Shown: one piece after another, positions 11,709 through 22,688 of the stretch
How positions within the stretch are numbered: the first letter of the stretch is position 1
How the letters are laid out: every line of letters begins with the position of its first letter
DNA from: Dudresnaya verticillata
Lineage: Eukaryota
Length of the DNA: 64,000 nt
Assembly (NCBI GenBank): GCA_977862235.1
Contig: OZ374566.1
Coordinates: 868,001 to 932,000 of the forward strand
Direction of reading: 5' to 3'
Program-made: the position numbers and the translations under genes
The notes under the pieces: model-generated
Database searches by the model: none
The model's input: only the letters and a program-made list of their open reading frames with translations
Told to the model about the DNA's origin: nothing

Positions 11709-12485
11709 TGTGTTGGGCACGGGTCGTGCCTTGCTTCAAGCTTGCTCTCGAAGGCCTGCACGACGAAGCGGTAAGGCTCGCAGATGTAGTGCAGTGCGAC
11801 GAGGGTACAGCTATCCAAAGTGACATGCGCCGAGGAATTGGCAAAGGATCCTTCACTTAACCAACAGCAGGGGCGCAATGCGGCTCAACAACTGTTGGAA
11901 GCGAGATTGAGGCAGAGGATGGCAAGCATGTAGCCCTGGATTTGATCCGCACTGCGTTCAGGGAACCGCAGGTGGAAATCTCCAGGGCCGATCTAAAAGC
12001 TCGTTTTATTTTTCGCCAGGTGTCCATCAGTCACAGGCTCGAGTACTTAGCCCTGCTGTCTTGTTCCATTACATGTACCACAAACTCCTCCAGCTTCAGC
12101 CGGTAACCAGAGCAGAAACACGGGACGATAGAGCTTTGAGCGGAGCTCGACCGGGAGATTGATGTGTTGGAACTGCTCGGTCCCATTACGCTTTTAGCGT
12201 ACCCGCGCTAATGTTCAGCTTCGCAGATCTAAGCAACTAGCTTCTGTCTGAATCTAGGTGCCCCAGGGCGGACGCTCCGGCGCGGCGGGACGGAACTGCG
12301 GATGGCAGCCAGTAGAGCTCGTATTGAATCCCAATCTTTTATTGAGACCAAGCACTGTTGACTACTATGCAATCTTCATTGGCAAGAACAGAAGGCGCAG
12401 GAGCGCAGTTCTCTAAAGAATCATTCAAGCAACAGGTCCAAGAGTGGGTAGCTCTTTTGTCCAGAGCTTTAGGACAAGAGTCAGA

Positions 12486-12855
12486 TTACTTGCTCTTAGC
12501 CGCCTCCTCAGCTTCCCTGGCCTTGCGCGCCGAGTACTCGGCGTAGGTCTCGGCCGGGTGGATGGCCTGCTGCTTGCCCTTAGGGTCATTGGGGTCGATC
12601 TTGGTCGGCTCCGGGCTGTCCGGGAAAGGATCGAACAGAGACGGGCGTTAGTCCTCGGAATGGATCGGGGGATGAAAGATCGACAGGGTCTCATAAGCAA
12701 CGCTTTTCTTCAACTTACTCACGAGTGGCTTCACCACCACCGAAGCCCTTCCCGCCGCTCATGGTCCACTTGGCGGCGCGGGCCGGGGTACGGCAAACCT
12801 GGGCCGAGTTGTTGACGCGAACGCCAGTGAAGGCAGAGACCGGGACGAAAGCCAT
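12486..12855 (-). CDS. Small plastid-targeted protein of unknown function, 88 aa, 2 exons
   Basis: Not recovered by the ORF track. Exons 12855-12719 and 12615-12486; intron 12718-12616 (GTAAGT..GACTAAC..CAG). Product: MAFVPVSAFTGVRVNNSAQVCRTPARAAKWTMSGGKGFGGGEATRDPEPTKIDPNDPKGKQQAIHPAETYAEYSARKAREAEEAAKSK. Strong C/G-ending codon bias. Confidence 0.85.
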
Positions 12856-12944
12856 TGTTGTGTAGGAGATGCGAAGCGATGAGCGAGCTCGAAGTTGCAG
12901 TGGCAGGGTGAGAGGGCAGCCTAATGGAGTAGGGAGAGGGGCGC

Positions 12945-12950
12945 TTTATA
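12945..12950 (-). promoter_or_regulatory. TATA box (TATAAA) of the small plastid protein gene
   Basis: TATAAA on the minus strand about 90 nt upstream of the ATG at 12855, followed by a pyrimidine-rich leader. Confidence 0.55.
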
Positions 12951-13374
12951 TTTGACTGGTGGCCGAGCAAATGCACAGAGCAACCTTTGCAGGTCGTGAG
13001 CTGCTGCCGGCAGACAGGATTTGTGGTTGTCATTGCTCCGGGACGTGCCGCTTGGGTGGGAGATATGAGCCCCGGCTGTGCGATGGCGTCTAATCTCCAG
13101 CTGATCCAATTTGAGCATTACAGTCCTTTTTGCAGGTATGACAAATCTGGTGAATTACAGAGCCTCGACGTGTTGAACCGAAATCTTCTAACCCGCCGCC
13201 CCAGCATACAGCTCGATATCTGTGGCTGGAGAGTCCTTGGCCTGAAGACGTTTCTATCCTTTTATCCCGCCGCCCATTGCAGACCGAAGCGCATCCAAAT
13301 TTTCCGATTACTCCCCGCCGTTCCCCCTCCGTCAGCACCAGGAGTCCATCCCCACTGCCGTCACATCCCGCACA

Positions 13375-15588
13375 ATGAAAGCCCTGGCGCTAGCGCTAGT
13401 AGCACCTGCAGCTCCGCTCACCCCGTCTGCAGCGCGCTTCATCACCTACCGGGCCCTGCGTCGCACCACGTTCCTCTCGTCCAGCCCACGGCATGCTCGG
13501 CGTCGGGCTCCGCACTATTCATCCACCCAAACGACGCGCTCTGCACCGTCCGCAACCGCCACCACCTCGCGACCGAAGGCCGTGCGCGCCCGTCTGGAGC
13601 GCGCCGAGCAGCTACTGCGCTCTGTACGCGAGGACCGAGCACCGCCCCCTCGTGCCACCCCTGTGTCGCTTGCGCGCAGAGATGACGCCAGCAAGCTCGA
13701 GGAGCAAGCTGCACACGCTGCGAAGAGTGCAGAAGAAGGCCCGCGATATGACCCAGAATCAGCTGTGACTTACTTTCGCACTAGGGCATTTCATGTCAGG
13801 AAGCGCCAGTTAGAGATTGCGGTCCCGCTCACGACGTTTATGTCACGCATCGTTCTGGATGTGCAGCTGGGTCGCGAGGAGGAGAACCGCTCTAAACGAG
13901 CGAGAGAGTTTCTAAAGATTGTTAGCTCGCTTGGACCGGCGATCATCAAGGGGGGCCAAGCGGTAGCCAGTCGCCCCGATTTGTTACCGAAAGAGTATTT
14001 GGATGAGTTGCAGAAGCTCCAGGATAGATTACCGCCGTTTGACAACGACATTGCTTTTCAGTTGATAGAGGAAGAGCTTGGGAAGCCAGTCGACGAAATT
14101 TTTGAGAGCATTGACCCTACTCCAGTAGCAGCAGCTTCCATTGGGCAAGTTTATAGTGCTGTGCTCAAGGGAACAGGAGAACGCGTTGCTGTCAAGGTCC
14201 AGCGGCCAGATTGCGAGCAGATCATTGCACTGGACATATACATTCTGCGCAACTTGAGCGGCACTATGAATAGCATTTTGAAACTCACTGGTCGTGAGAT
14301 TGACCTGCAGTCCATCATCGAAGAGTTTGGCAAGCTGATCTATGAGGAGATCGATTATTTATCGGAGGCACGAAATGCGGAACGTTTCCTTGAACTGTAT
14401 GGGGACTTGCCTGGTGTTGACGTCCCACGCATATTTTGGCGTTATACAAAGCGGAGAGTCATAACCATGGAGTGGATGGAGGGACAGCGGCTGACGAGCG
14501 ATACGCTTTCGAAGGGCAGGTCAGAAGAGTTGGTGCGGGCGATGGTGCAGTGCTCTTTGAGGCAGATGCTCGAGAATGGATACTTTCATGCGGATACTCA
14601 CCTGGGTAATCTGTTGGCGAGACCGAATGGTAGCTTGTGCTACCTCGATTTTGGAATGATGTCAGAGGTAGAGCCAGCGCAGCGATATGGCATCATCGAA
14701 GCGGTTGTACACATGGTCAATCGTGACTTTGACGCTTTAGCAAACCTTTACGTTCGACTTGGGTTTTTGCCGCCCGAGACTAACCTGGAACCTATCATCG
14801 AGGCACTGAACGGGGCTCTTCCTGACGTTCTCGGTGCTTCAGTCGGAGAGCTTAACTTTAAGTCGGTAATTGATAAGCTTGGTTCCGTCATGTACCAGTA
14901 TCCTTTCAGGCTCCCTGCGTATTACACGGCAATTATTCGCTGCCTAGGCGTTCTAGAGGGTGTTGCCATTCAGGTCGACCCCAACTTCAAGATTCTGAAC
15001 GAATCATATCCGTACATTGCATCCCGATTGCTCACTGACCCGGCTCCGGAATTACAAGACGCACTCCAATGCCTACTATTCGATGAAGGACGTCCGAGAT
15101 GGAACCGGCTAGAAAGCCTTTTGGACTCAGCTTCAGATGCTGGCGATTATGATGTCTCACTTGCTGCGGAACAACTTTTGGCCTTCCTCTTATCTCCAAA
15201 AGGTAAGATTGCACGGTATAATCTTGCTGATGAGCTAACCGCAGAGCTTGATACGCTCGGACTGGACATGACAAAGTATTACGTGGGCATGGCAGTCCAA
15301 GCTGGGAGGACAGTTGGGATGCGGCTACCATCCGCGTTCAACTCGATTCCACCCCCGACCAGGACTGCGTCGATGAACAACTTAGATCGCATCACCGAAA
15401 TTTTGAGCAAAAGCAAAGGATTTAACCCCTCAAAGATGACGCCGCTGCTGAGAAGGATCTTGCGAGAACCAGAAAGCCAGAGAATTGGTTTGGAAATAGC
15501 AGTGTCATTAGCGGAGCGAGTCACTTCCCGGGCAGTTCGACTAGCCTTCGGTCTACCACAGGAAGAACCACGAAGTCGCAGCAGTTAG
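13375..15588 (+). CDS. ABC1/UbiB-family atypical kinase (ABC1K), probably plastid-targeted
   Basis: LGPAIIKGGQ..SRPDLLP, AAASIGQVY, VAVKVQRP, GYFHADTHLGN, YLDFGMM. Ala/Arg/Ser-rich N-terminal extension. Confidence 0.95.
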   Translation: MKALALALVAPAAPLTPSAARFITYRALRRTTFLSSSPRHARRRAPHYSSTQTTRSAPSATATTSRPKAVRARLERAEQLLRSVREDRAPPPRATPVSLARRDDASKLEEQAAHAAKSAEEGPRYDPESAVTYFRTRAFHVRKRQLEIAVPLTTFMSRIVLDVQLGREEENRSKRAREFLKIVSSLGPAIIKGGQAVASRPDLLPKEYLDELQKLQDRLPPFDNDIAFQLIEEELGKPVDEIFESIDPTPVAAASIGQVYSAVLKGTGERVAVKVQRPDCEQIIALDIYILRNLSGTMNSILKLTGREIDLQSIIEEFGKLIYEEIDYLSEARNAERFLELYGDLPGVDVPRIFWRYTKRRVITMEWMEGQRLTSDTLSKGRSEELVRAMVQCSLRQMLENGYFHADTHLGNLLARPNGSLCYLDFGMMSEVEPAQRYGIIEAVVHMVNRDFDALANLYVRLGFLPPETNLEPIIEALNGALPDVLGASVGELNFKSVIDKLGSVMYQYPFRLPAYYTAIIRCLGVLEGVAIQVDPNFKILNESYPYIASRLLTDPAPELQDALQCLLFDEGRPRWNRLESLLDSASDAGDYDVSLAAEQLLAFLLSPKGKIARYNLADELTAELDTLGLDMTKYYVGMAVQAGRTVGMRLPSAFNSIPPPTRTASMNNLDRITEILSKSKGFNPSKMTPLLRRILREPESQRIGLEIAVSLAERVTSRAVRLAFGLPQEEPRSRSS

Positions 15589-15823
15589 ATATTAGATACA
15601 ATCGGCCACACGCCGAGCTTCTCTACAACTATTAACAGGGTTAGTAGTGCCCTAATTTGCAGCCACGTATAGTACAGTATGCCTGTCTCAGTCCGTCTGA
15701 AGTTGCTGTGTTAAAAAGACTGGTAGCTTTTAATTTCATATCGAGTCACAGCGAGGACTAGTCCGCCGAGCATTCAAATTTTGCAAGCAGCTACAGTACG
15801 TCAGCGATGCTATTGTTATGCTT

Positions 15824-17602
15824 TCAAAACTCAATGACAAGAGGTTTCAGCTCCGGATCATTGATGAAATCATTAACCTTTGCGACCAACTCTTCAGACG
15901 GAGAGCTGTCCACTCCAATGAGAACAAGTGCCTTTGAGCTGTTATCATCCCTGGCAAGGGTCATGGAAGAAATATTAATACCCTCCTCTCCAAACATGGT
16001 GCCGACGCGACCGAGCTGTCCCGGGCGATCATCCTGACTATATGCCATAATGATGCCTTCGAGCTTGAGGTCAACTCGGAAACGCCCAATCTGAGTTACA
16101 TGCGGGCTCCCATTGATAACGAGTCCTTCGACAGGCGGGGCATTCTTAACAGACACAATCACCTCATTCGCAGAATCTTGAGACGAAAAATGGTTGACTT
16201 CCGTTAGCTTCAGGTTGGCATTCTTCGCCACCGTGTCGGCGTTAACAATGCTCACCGGGAGACCCATCACTGGTTCCATGAGACCCTTGATGAGGCCAGC
16301 CCTCAAGATTCGAGTATCTTCGCTGGCATCCGGGATGAAGTAATCAACTTTAACTTCGCCATGAGTTCTCTTGCCAGAGAGGAAGTAAGCCAGGCGGCCA
16401 AGAGCCTGGCAGAGAGCTGCCCGGGGTTTCAAAGCCGAGAGAATCTCTGGAGCCATAGCAGGTGCGTTGATCATCGTGGGGACCATATCACCGTTCAGGG
16501 CATCTCTTACCGCTGTGGCGATCTCAACAGCCACATCCTCCTGCGCCTCACGGGTACTTGCACCGAGATGAGGAGTAGCCAGCACATTGGGGTGTTGCAC
16601 AAGCTTAGCCGAGATGGAGTCTGGATGCTTGCTCGGCGGCTCGAATTCAAAACAGTCGAGTGCGGCGCCGGCAACTTTGCCAGACTCGAGGGCGTCAAGC
16701 AGCGCAGTCTCGGTAACGATGCCACCGCGAGCAGCGTTGACAATACGGACGCCGTCCTTCATCTTCGCGAACGCAGCTTCGTTGATGAGGTTCTTAGTAC
16801 TTGGAATGAGAGGGAGGTGGAGAGTGAGGAAGTCGCCGTTAGCGAGCAACTCATCAAAAGACACGAGAGTGACGCCAATCGCAGCCGCGGCCTCGGGACT
16901 GGTAATGGGATCACTGGCGATAACCTTCATACCCAAACCGCGGGCACGCTTAGCGACCTCCCTGCCAATACGGCCGAGACCTACAACGCCGAGGGTCTTG
17001 TCAACGAGGCTTGCACCCACGTATGAGCTCCGGTTCCATCCACCAGATTTGATGGTGGCGTCGGCGGGGCTGATGAGGCGTGCCATGCTGCACAGCAAGG
17101 CGATGGAGTGTTCTGCGGCAGCGACGCAGTTTCCAGTAGGGGCGTTTACAACGAGAACACCGCGCTCGGTGGCAGCCGGGATGTCGATGTTATCAACGCC
17201 GACACCCGCGCGGCCGATGACCTTGAGCTTGGTGGCGGCCTCGATGACCTCGCGGGTCATTTTGGTGCCGGAGCGGATGATGATGGCGTCATGATTGGGG
17301 ATCTCCGTTAGGAGCTGGTCCGGGGTGATATCAAGGTTCTTCTCGACAGAAAACTCGTTGGCAAGGAGGGAGATGCCCTCCTGCGAGAGCTTTTCTGGGA
17401 GCAGGACGGACATGGAGTCTGGCTGGGGTGAGGACTCTGCTGTGGAGCGGTCGGTGCGCTCTGGCGAGATGACCATGCGGACCAGGGGGCGAGTAGGGCG
17501 GGAGTTTGCAGGGAGCGGGGATACATTTTGAGAGGCGGCGGCGCGCGTTGTGAAGGAGGTTCGGGCAATGGGCAGGGCAGAAACGAAGGCGGGGGGAGCC
17601 AT
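15824..17602 (-). CDS. serA: D-3-phosphoglycerate dehydrogenase, plastid-targeted, with C-terminal ACT domain
   Basis: GRAGVGVDNID, GLGRIG, NAARGGIV, TPHLGASTREAQ, ACT domain DRPGQLGRVG. Transit peptide MAPPAFVSALP. Confidence 0.97.
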   Translation of the reverse strand: MAPPAFVSALPIARTSFTTRAAASQNVSPLPANSRPTRPLVRMVISPERTDRSTAESSPQPDSMSVLLPEKLSQEGISLLANEFSVEKNLDITPDQLLTEIPNHDAIIIRSGTKMTREVIEAATKLKVIGRAGVGVDNIDIPAATERGVLVVNAPTGNCVAAAEHSIALLCSMARLISPADATIKSGGWNRSSYVGASLVDKTLGVVGLGRIGREVAKRARGLGMKVIASDPITSPEAAAAIGVTLVSFDELLANGDFLTLHLPLIPSTKNLINEAAFAKMKDGVRIVNAARGGIVTETALLDALESGKVAGAALDCFEFEPPSKHPDSISAKLVQHPNVLATPHLGASTREAQEDVAVEIATAVRDALNGDMVPTMINAPAMAPEILSALKPRAALCQALGRLAYFLSGKRTHGEVKVDYFIPDASEDTRILRAGLIKGLMEPVMGLPVSIVNADTVAKNANLKLTEVNHFSSQDSANEVIVSVKNAPPVEGLVINGSPHVTQIGRFRVDLKLEGIIMAYSQDDRPGQLGRVGTMFGEEGINISSMTLARDDNSSKALVLIGVDSSPSEELVAKVNDFINDPELKPLVIEF

Positions 17603-18708
17603 GGCTGGTTGTGGCAGTCTGGGGTCTGACGGGGGTCGGGCGAGGGTGCGTGGTGGAAGGATGGGTTGTGGTCAGGGCAGGGGGTTGCGAAAGGCAAGGG
17701 GGGCAGGCAGCGGGTTTTGTAGCGCACGTCTATAAAAGAGAATAGAGAGCAAGAGAGTAATTTGTATGTATGCTGGCGCGCTCCGGCAGAGGTGCTCGCT
17801 AAGCGAATGAGATGCAGATTTACGAACAGGGGCGTGAGCGATGGGATGCAGAGGCGGGCGCATGCGGCGCGGGGTGTCGGACGGTTGCGCACGGAAGGGC
17901 GCGGGCGCGGGGCTCGGAGCGGCGACGACTGACTTGGGGATGGGCGCAGGATGTCGAGAAATATGCGCAAGCGGGGGCCGATCCTGGAAAACCGACGGCG
18001 CACGATGGATCAGCCGCGTTGCACTGCACTCCACGAAAACGATGATCGATCCGCAGCTGCACACGGCTGCTCATTGGCTGCGCGAAAATCCAGCGCGTCC
18101 AATAATGGCCCCGCACGCCACCGCCCAGATTTGCAACGGCCTGGCGCAGCCACCCACAGCCCGTGAACGAGCTCACAGCGAATAAGATCCCATCCGTTGC
18201 ACATCGGATATTTTCCGCGTTGGGGCGAGCCGAGCCTCACAAAAACATTATTTCTTGCCGCATTATTGGTCCGCCCCAGTCCTGCGGCCTTGTTGCCGAT
18301 ACACGTTTGCTATACTCTTCTTGGACCTCGGACCGCAAACCCCGCCGCCAGCGGGTCTGCCGGGGAAAGAACTCAATCCCAAAATTACAGCCCACACGTG
18401 TACTCCAAACAATGCGCTTACAGAAATGGTCACCGCCGGTGGCCCACAACCATGTCCGGTTGCAAACTCCGCCACCGCCATCAACTCTGTGAACTCCAAT
18501 TAACCCCCCCTCCGTCACTGCTGCCTTATCGAAGTTGCCTTCCGCAAACTACCTGCAGCTCTCATCGCTTCGTCCTGCCGCATCTAAGCCTTGACCTATC
18601 CTTACCGACCGCCTCTACCCACCTCGAGGACTTCGTAACCACACACTCCGCGACAACCACAGCCCCCCTTCATTGCTCACCCAGCTCTTCCGCTGCACCT
18701 GCACCACC

Positions 18709-19548
18709 ATGGCATCTCGCCGTCCGGAGCTCAAAGCTCCGGCCACAGAGCTCTACTCCACTACCGGCGCCGCCAAGTACGCCGCTAGCTCCCGCATGAC
18801 CCAAGTCCAGACCTCGTTAGCGGAGCGCTGCCTCGAGCTACTCGCCCTCCCCCCGAACCAGTCATCCCTCATTCTGGATGTGGGTACGGGCACGGGCCTC
18901 TCCGGTGACGTCCTAACTGCTGCGGGGCACCACTGGGCCGGTCTGGATATTTCACTGCCAATGCTCGAGGAGGCCCTAGAGCGTGACGTCGACGGCGATC
19001 TTCTGCAGTCGGACGTCGGCGACGGTGTCCCGTTCCGCATGGGTTCGTTCGACGGCGCGGTATCCGTCTCCGCTGTTCAGTGGCTTTGCAATGCAGACCG
19101 CTCCGAGCATAACCCGTACAAGCGTCTCAACGCCTTCTTCGCCACGCTGTACGCGTCGTTGCGCAAGAGTGCCCGCGCCGTCTTGCAGTTCTACCCTCAG
19201 AACGCCGCCCAGATCGAGCTCCTCGTGGCTTCGGCCATGCGAGCCGGTTTCAGTGGCGGGCTGCTTGTCGACTATCCGAACAGTGCCAAGGCAAAGAAGT
19301 ACTTTCTCTGTCTCACCGCTGGGCCGCCCGCGAAGGGCGTTTCTGAGCCAAAGCCGTTAGGTGTTGAGGAGCCGGACCATGTGCGTGTCGGCAGTCGCCG
19401 ACCGGGGAAGAAGGGGAAGCGAAGGGGAGATGATGGCATCACGAAGAAGGACTGGATCATTTCGAAGAAGGAGCGCCGACGAAGGCAAGGTCACCAGACG
19501 AAACCAGACTCGAAATATACGGGGCGGAAGCGCCGCGTCCAATTTTAG
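18709..19548 (+). CDS. BUD23: 18S rRNA (guanine-N7) methyltransferase BUD23/WBSCR22
   Basis: ATG at 18709 (MASRRPE). LDVGTGTGLSG, SVSAVQWLCNAD, GFSGGLLVDYPNSAKAKKYFLCL and C-terminal SKYTGRKRR. Confidence 0.97.
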   Translation: MASRRPELKAPATELYSTTGAAKYAASSRMTQVQTSLAERCLELLALPPNQSSLILDVGTGTGLSGDVLTAAGHHWAGLDISLPMLEEALERDVDGDLLQSDVGDGVPFRMGSFDGAVSVSAVQWLCNADRSEHNPYKRLNAFFATLYASLRKSARAVLQFYPQNAAQIELLVASAMRAGFSGGLLVDYPNSAKAKKYFLCLTAGPPAKGVSEPKPLGVEEPDHVRVGSRRPGKKGKRRGDDGITKKDWIISKKERRRRQGHQTKPDSKYTGRKRRVQF

Positions 19549-19851
19549 AGAAGATGAATCCTTGGCTTGAGCTCGTGGCACGGTCTTCTGCATGTGACAA
19601 ACTCAGATGAGCTCACCATGAGAGGATCTGTACTGCTGCCAGGGCTTCGAGGCGTTGCCGCTGCACTCAGTCTGACCCCTCACTCCTGTAACCATACAGC
19701 CTTTATAACATGTACAGAATATCAACTCTCTGAGAGAATGGAATAAACGCCCCGAAATAAGCCTTTCCGTACAACATGATACGCAACGAGCAGTGCCCTA
19801 GTATTGCCCCCTTTCACCTTTATGCCCCTAGACAAATAGAATTCGCACCAC

Positions 19852-20634
19852 TTATCGCTCTTCGGCCCCTGATTCTACGGGCGGACTACTGTCCGCATTT
19901 GCTTGCTGCCTCCGTCCTTCGAGCCTTCTCTTGGCAGCATTGTAGTCCCTCTCTAATCGCTCCACTTCTAGCTCGTCAAGGTCAAGACTCAGATCTGGTA
20001 CTTCAGAAGGTGCACTTTGCTTAGGGTCTGAAACTCTTCTCAGCTGTTCCAAGAAAACGTCGTTCCCATCACTCTCCGTATCCTCTAACGCCGAAGGTGT
20101 GTCATCCAATGCTAAGTCTGACGCGCTCTCATCATCGGATTCTTGCCCTAGTGGCGCTGTACCGTTCGCATCTTTGTTATTGCTGTCACGTTCCTTATCC
20201 TTCTGCGTGTCTTTTTCGGTTTGGCTGGCCAGTTCCATCTCCGCTACCATCAAATCCACGTCCAAAGCTTCTGAGAAGGTATCCTTCGCTTCGTTTGCTG
20301 TCCGACGTAGTTCTCCGATGAGCTTCCCAGAGTCTTTCGCTAAGGCGAATAACTTCTGTGGACCAAGAACTAACCACCCGACAGCAACGATGACAACAAT
20401 CTCGGAAGGGCCAACTCCAAGAATCCCTCCGCCCCCAAATACCGCTCTTGTTGTTGACCATCCATCAACGCTTTCTCGAGGAACAGCAGTAGCACCGTAG
20501 CGCCGAGGAACCCTGAAACCTCGAAAGCTGCTACTGTTCTGGTGCGCAATTCGTCCGCCAGATGATGAGCATACCTGAGTTCGTCCGCCAGTTGAGCTCA
20601 ACAACCCCAAGCACGGTTGGATGAATGCCGGCAT
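19852..20634 (-). CDS. Thylakoid Tat translocase TatA/TatB-family subunit (Hcf106-like)
   Basis: ATG at 20634 (MPAFIQ, transit peptide). LGVGPSEIVVIVAVGWLVLGPQKLFALAKDSGKLIGELRR is a TM helix plus amphipathic helix, followed by a long acidic tail as in TatB. Confidence 0.85.
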   Translation of the reverse strand: MPAFIQPCLGLLSSTGGRTQVCSSSGGRIAHQNSSSFRGFRVPRRYGATAVPRESVDGWSTTRAVFGGGGILGVGPSEIVVIVAVGWLVLGPQKLFALAKDSGKLIGELRRTANEAKDTFSEALDVDLMVAEMELASQTEKDTQKDKERDSNNKDANGTAPLGQESDDESASDLALDDTPSALEDTESDGNDVFLEQLRRVSDPKQSAPSEVPDLSLDLDELEVERLERDYNAAKRRLEGRRQQANADSSPPVESGAEER

Positions 20635-21270
20635 GATGTATCGAGCCACACAGTCCTTCGCGTCGACAGTAGATTGTGGCGCTTTTCTCCTTGCCTCACC
20701 TTCCTTTGCTTCCTGTTGCGCCCACCAAGATTCAAACTCCGAATTGCAGGTCTTGACCAAGTCCCTCCCAAGCACGAGCTGTGGTCGAGGCTGCGTACGT
20801 GAGACCTGTCAAGGGCGTCAAATGGAGTACTGCTGAGCAGCTCGAGATCGCGTTGCCTGTGAATTTCTTAAATTTTCTCGTTACCGCCGACCACCTTGTG
20901 GCCTTTACGAAGATTTTGCGTGGAAGCGGAAAACATGCTCCCTTTGTGCACGCACCCTGTCGGCACGTGTACTTTTGTCTTCGCCCCGAAACGCAGCTCC
21001 ATCGATCGAAAAGCAGCCAAACGGCAGGAATATATTTGGCTTGTCCAGAAAGGAATTGAGCTTTGGCCAAGTTCTCTCCCCCAGAGCGTACCCCTTGCCG
21101 AGTCAGACCGGAACGCATCCGCATTTTGTCATTTTGATGAAGCACGTACAAGAAGAGCTTGTCGAGTGTCTCTTGGACTTGTCAAGTTGGAGGTGTGAAC
21201 ACCCCGCCTAAGAGTACTAGCAAGCTTCAGTCGACTGCTACATTCAAATCGAAAGACAGCGTATTCCGTC

Positions 21271-22688
21271 ATGGGTTCCGACGAATCGTACCGGCCTGCT
21301 TTTTTTGAAGCCTATTCGGCAAGCAACTTGAGTGGCGCGTTAAGGCCTGCTTTCCGGTTCGCGTTGGAGGTGCTCTCTGTGAGACACCCTTTTCTTGTGC
21401 GTTTTGCTTCCCGTGCTGATGAAATCTTCACGGGTCTGCTCCTGGTTCTAGAAACCTCTCAGCTGCGCAAGGAAAGCGGGTTAATGGCAGAGTCCATGTA
21501 TTCATTGCGAAGATCACAGAAAATGTCCTTCGAGCCCTCTGATTTATCTGGATCAGCCCTGAATGGAAAGCAAATCTTCCTAAGCATTCTATTTGAAGTC
21601 ATGGCTCCGTATGCGAAGGTGAAGCTGGACGCATGGTACGAGAATGAGACTGGCGGAGCAGCAGCAGGACTCTTTGTAGAAGACGAAGCTGTACAAAGGC
21701 ATCAGGCGTATGAACACCTTATGAGATCACGACTCCGCAATACCAGTGGCATTCCGGGGCAGAGCAATTGGCGCGAAGGTCATATTATTGTTCTGCAAAA
21801 AGTGATGAAGTTACTGAGAATACTCAAACTGTGCCTACAAAGCCCCGTACTTCAGAGGCTTGCATTGCGGTGGTATCCACGTATTTCTACATGTTGCGAA
21901 GGAGCAAACCTTTGTTTTAACATATTATACCTTTTTGGCCATTCCGAGTATTTTAGTCCTGCACTCGCTGTTCAGAGACTTGTCTTACGAAGATCAAGCA
22001 CAGCCGAGATTTTGAGAAGACTATCCTACAAAGCATCGTTTTCTGGAGAGAACGGAAGGGCACTGAGCTTCTCGCAGATCTTTGCTGCAGGTTCGGAGAG
22101 GCTGCTTAGCGTAGGCAAAGCGGGTTTCTTCATGGTGGTACTTGCATTTCGGTTTTTGCAATACTACTATGCTGCAGAGGTAAGTCCCCTTCAAGTGTTT
22201 TCAAAACATGAACGGACCCCCTTGGTCTCCATAACATGTTCAAGCTGTCACTAACAACCGTGTCGCGTCAACTGTCCACTTCTATGCATCGCACTTTCTT
22301 TTTTCAGGCGTCAGCTCCACGGCAGATGGGACCCGCCGTTACGCCACCAGAGCAGCTTCTTCCCGCTCCAGGTGTCGATCAAAGAACAGCCACGGCGAGC
22401 GGGTTTTGCCCACTCTGTCATCGTCAAAGGGTAAATCCTACGGCATGTGTACGTTCCTCAAAAAGTCTTCCGGTTGTGCGGACCACCATGTATTACACAA
22501 TTTCCCTTTGACTGACTGGCCTGTGGCGCTCCTATTTTTTTGGGCCCCTATTGTTACAGTCCACTTCCGGATATGTGTACTGTTATATGTGCATATACAC
22601 ATACCTACAACAATCTGCAAGATGCCCCGTTACACTGGCACCAGCCGGAATCGAAGATCTTGTTCGAGTGTTCGACCCAGCCGGCTAG
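21271..22688 (+). CDS. PEX12: Peroxin 12 (Pex2/Pex12 N-domain + RING), 3 exons, ~392 aa
   Basis: Exons 21271-22179, 22308-22448, 22560-22688. Introns 22180-22307 (GTAAGT..CTAAC..CAG) and 22449-22559 (GTACGT..CTGAC..CAG). N-terminal RPAFFE, AESMYSLRR. The spliced RING reads CPLC..NPTACSTSGYVYCYMCI..RCPVT. Confidence 0.92.

Noticed and set aside
16361..17294. Long antisense ORFs over the phosphoglycerate dehydrogenase gene (also over RPB1, TAF4 and MFP)
   Set aside because: Expected shadows of GC-rich, codon-biased coding sequence.
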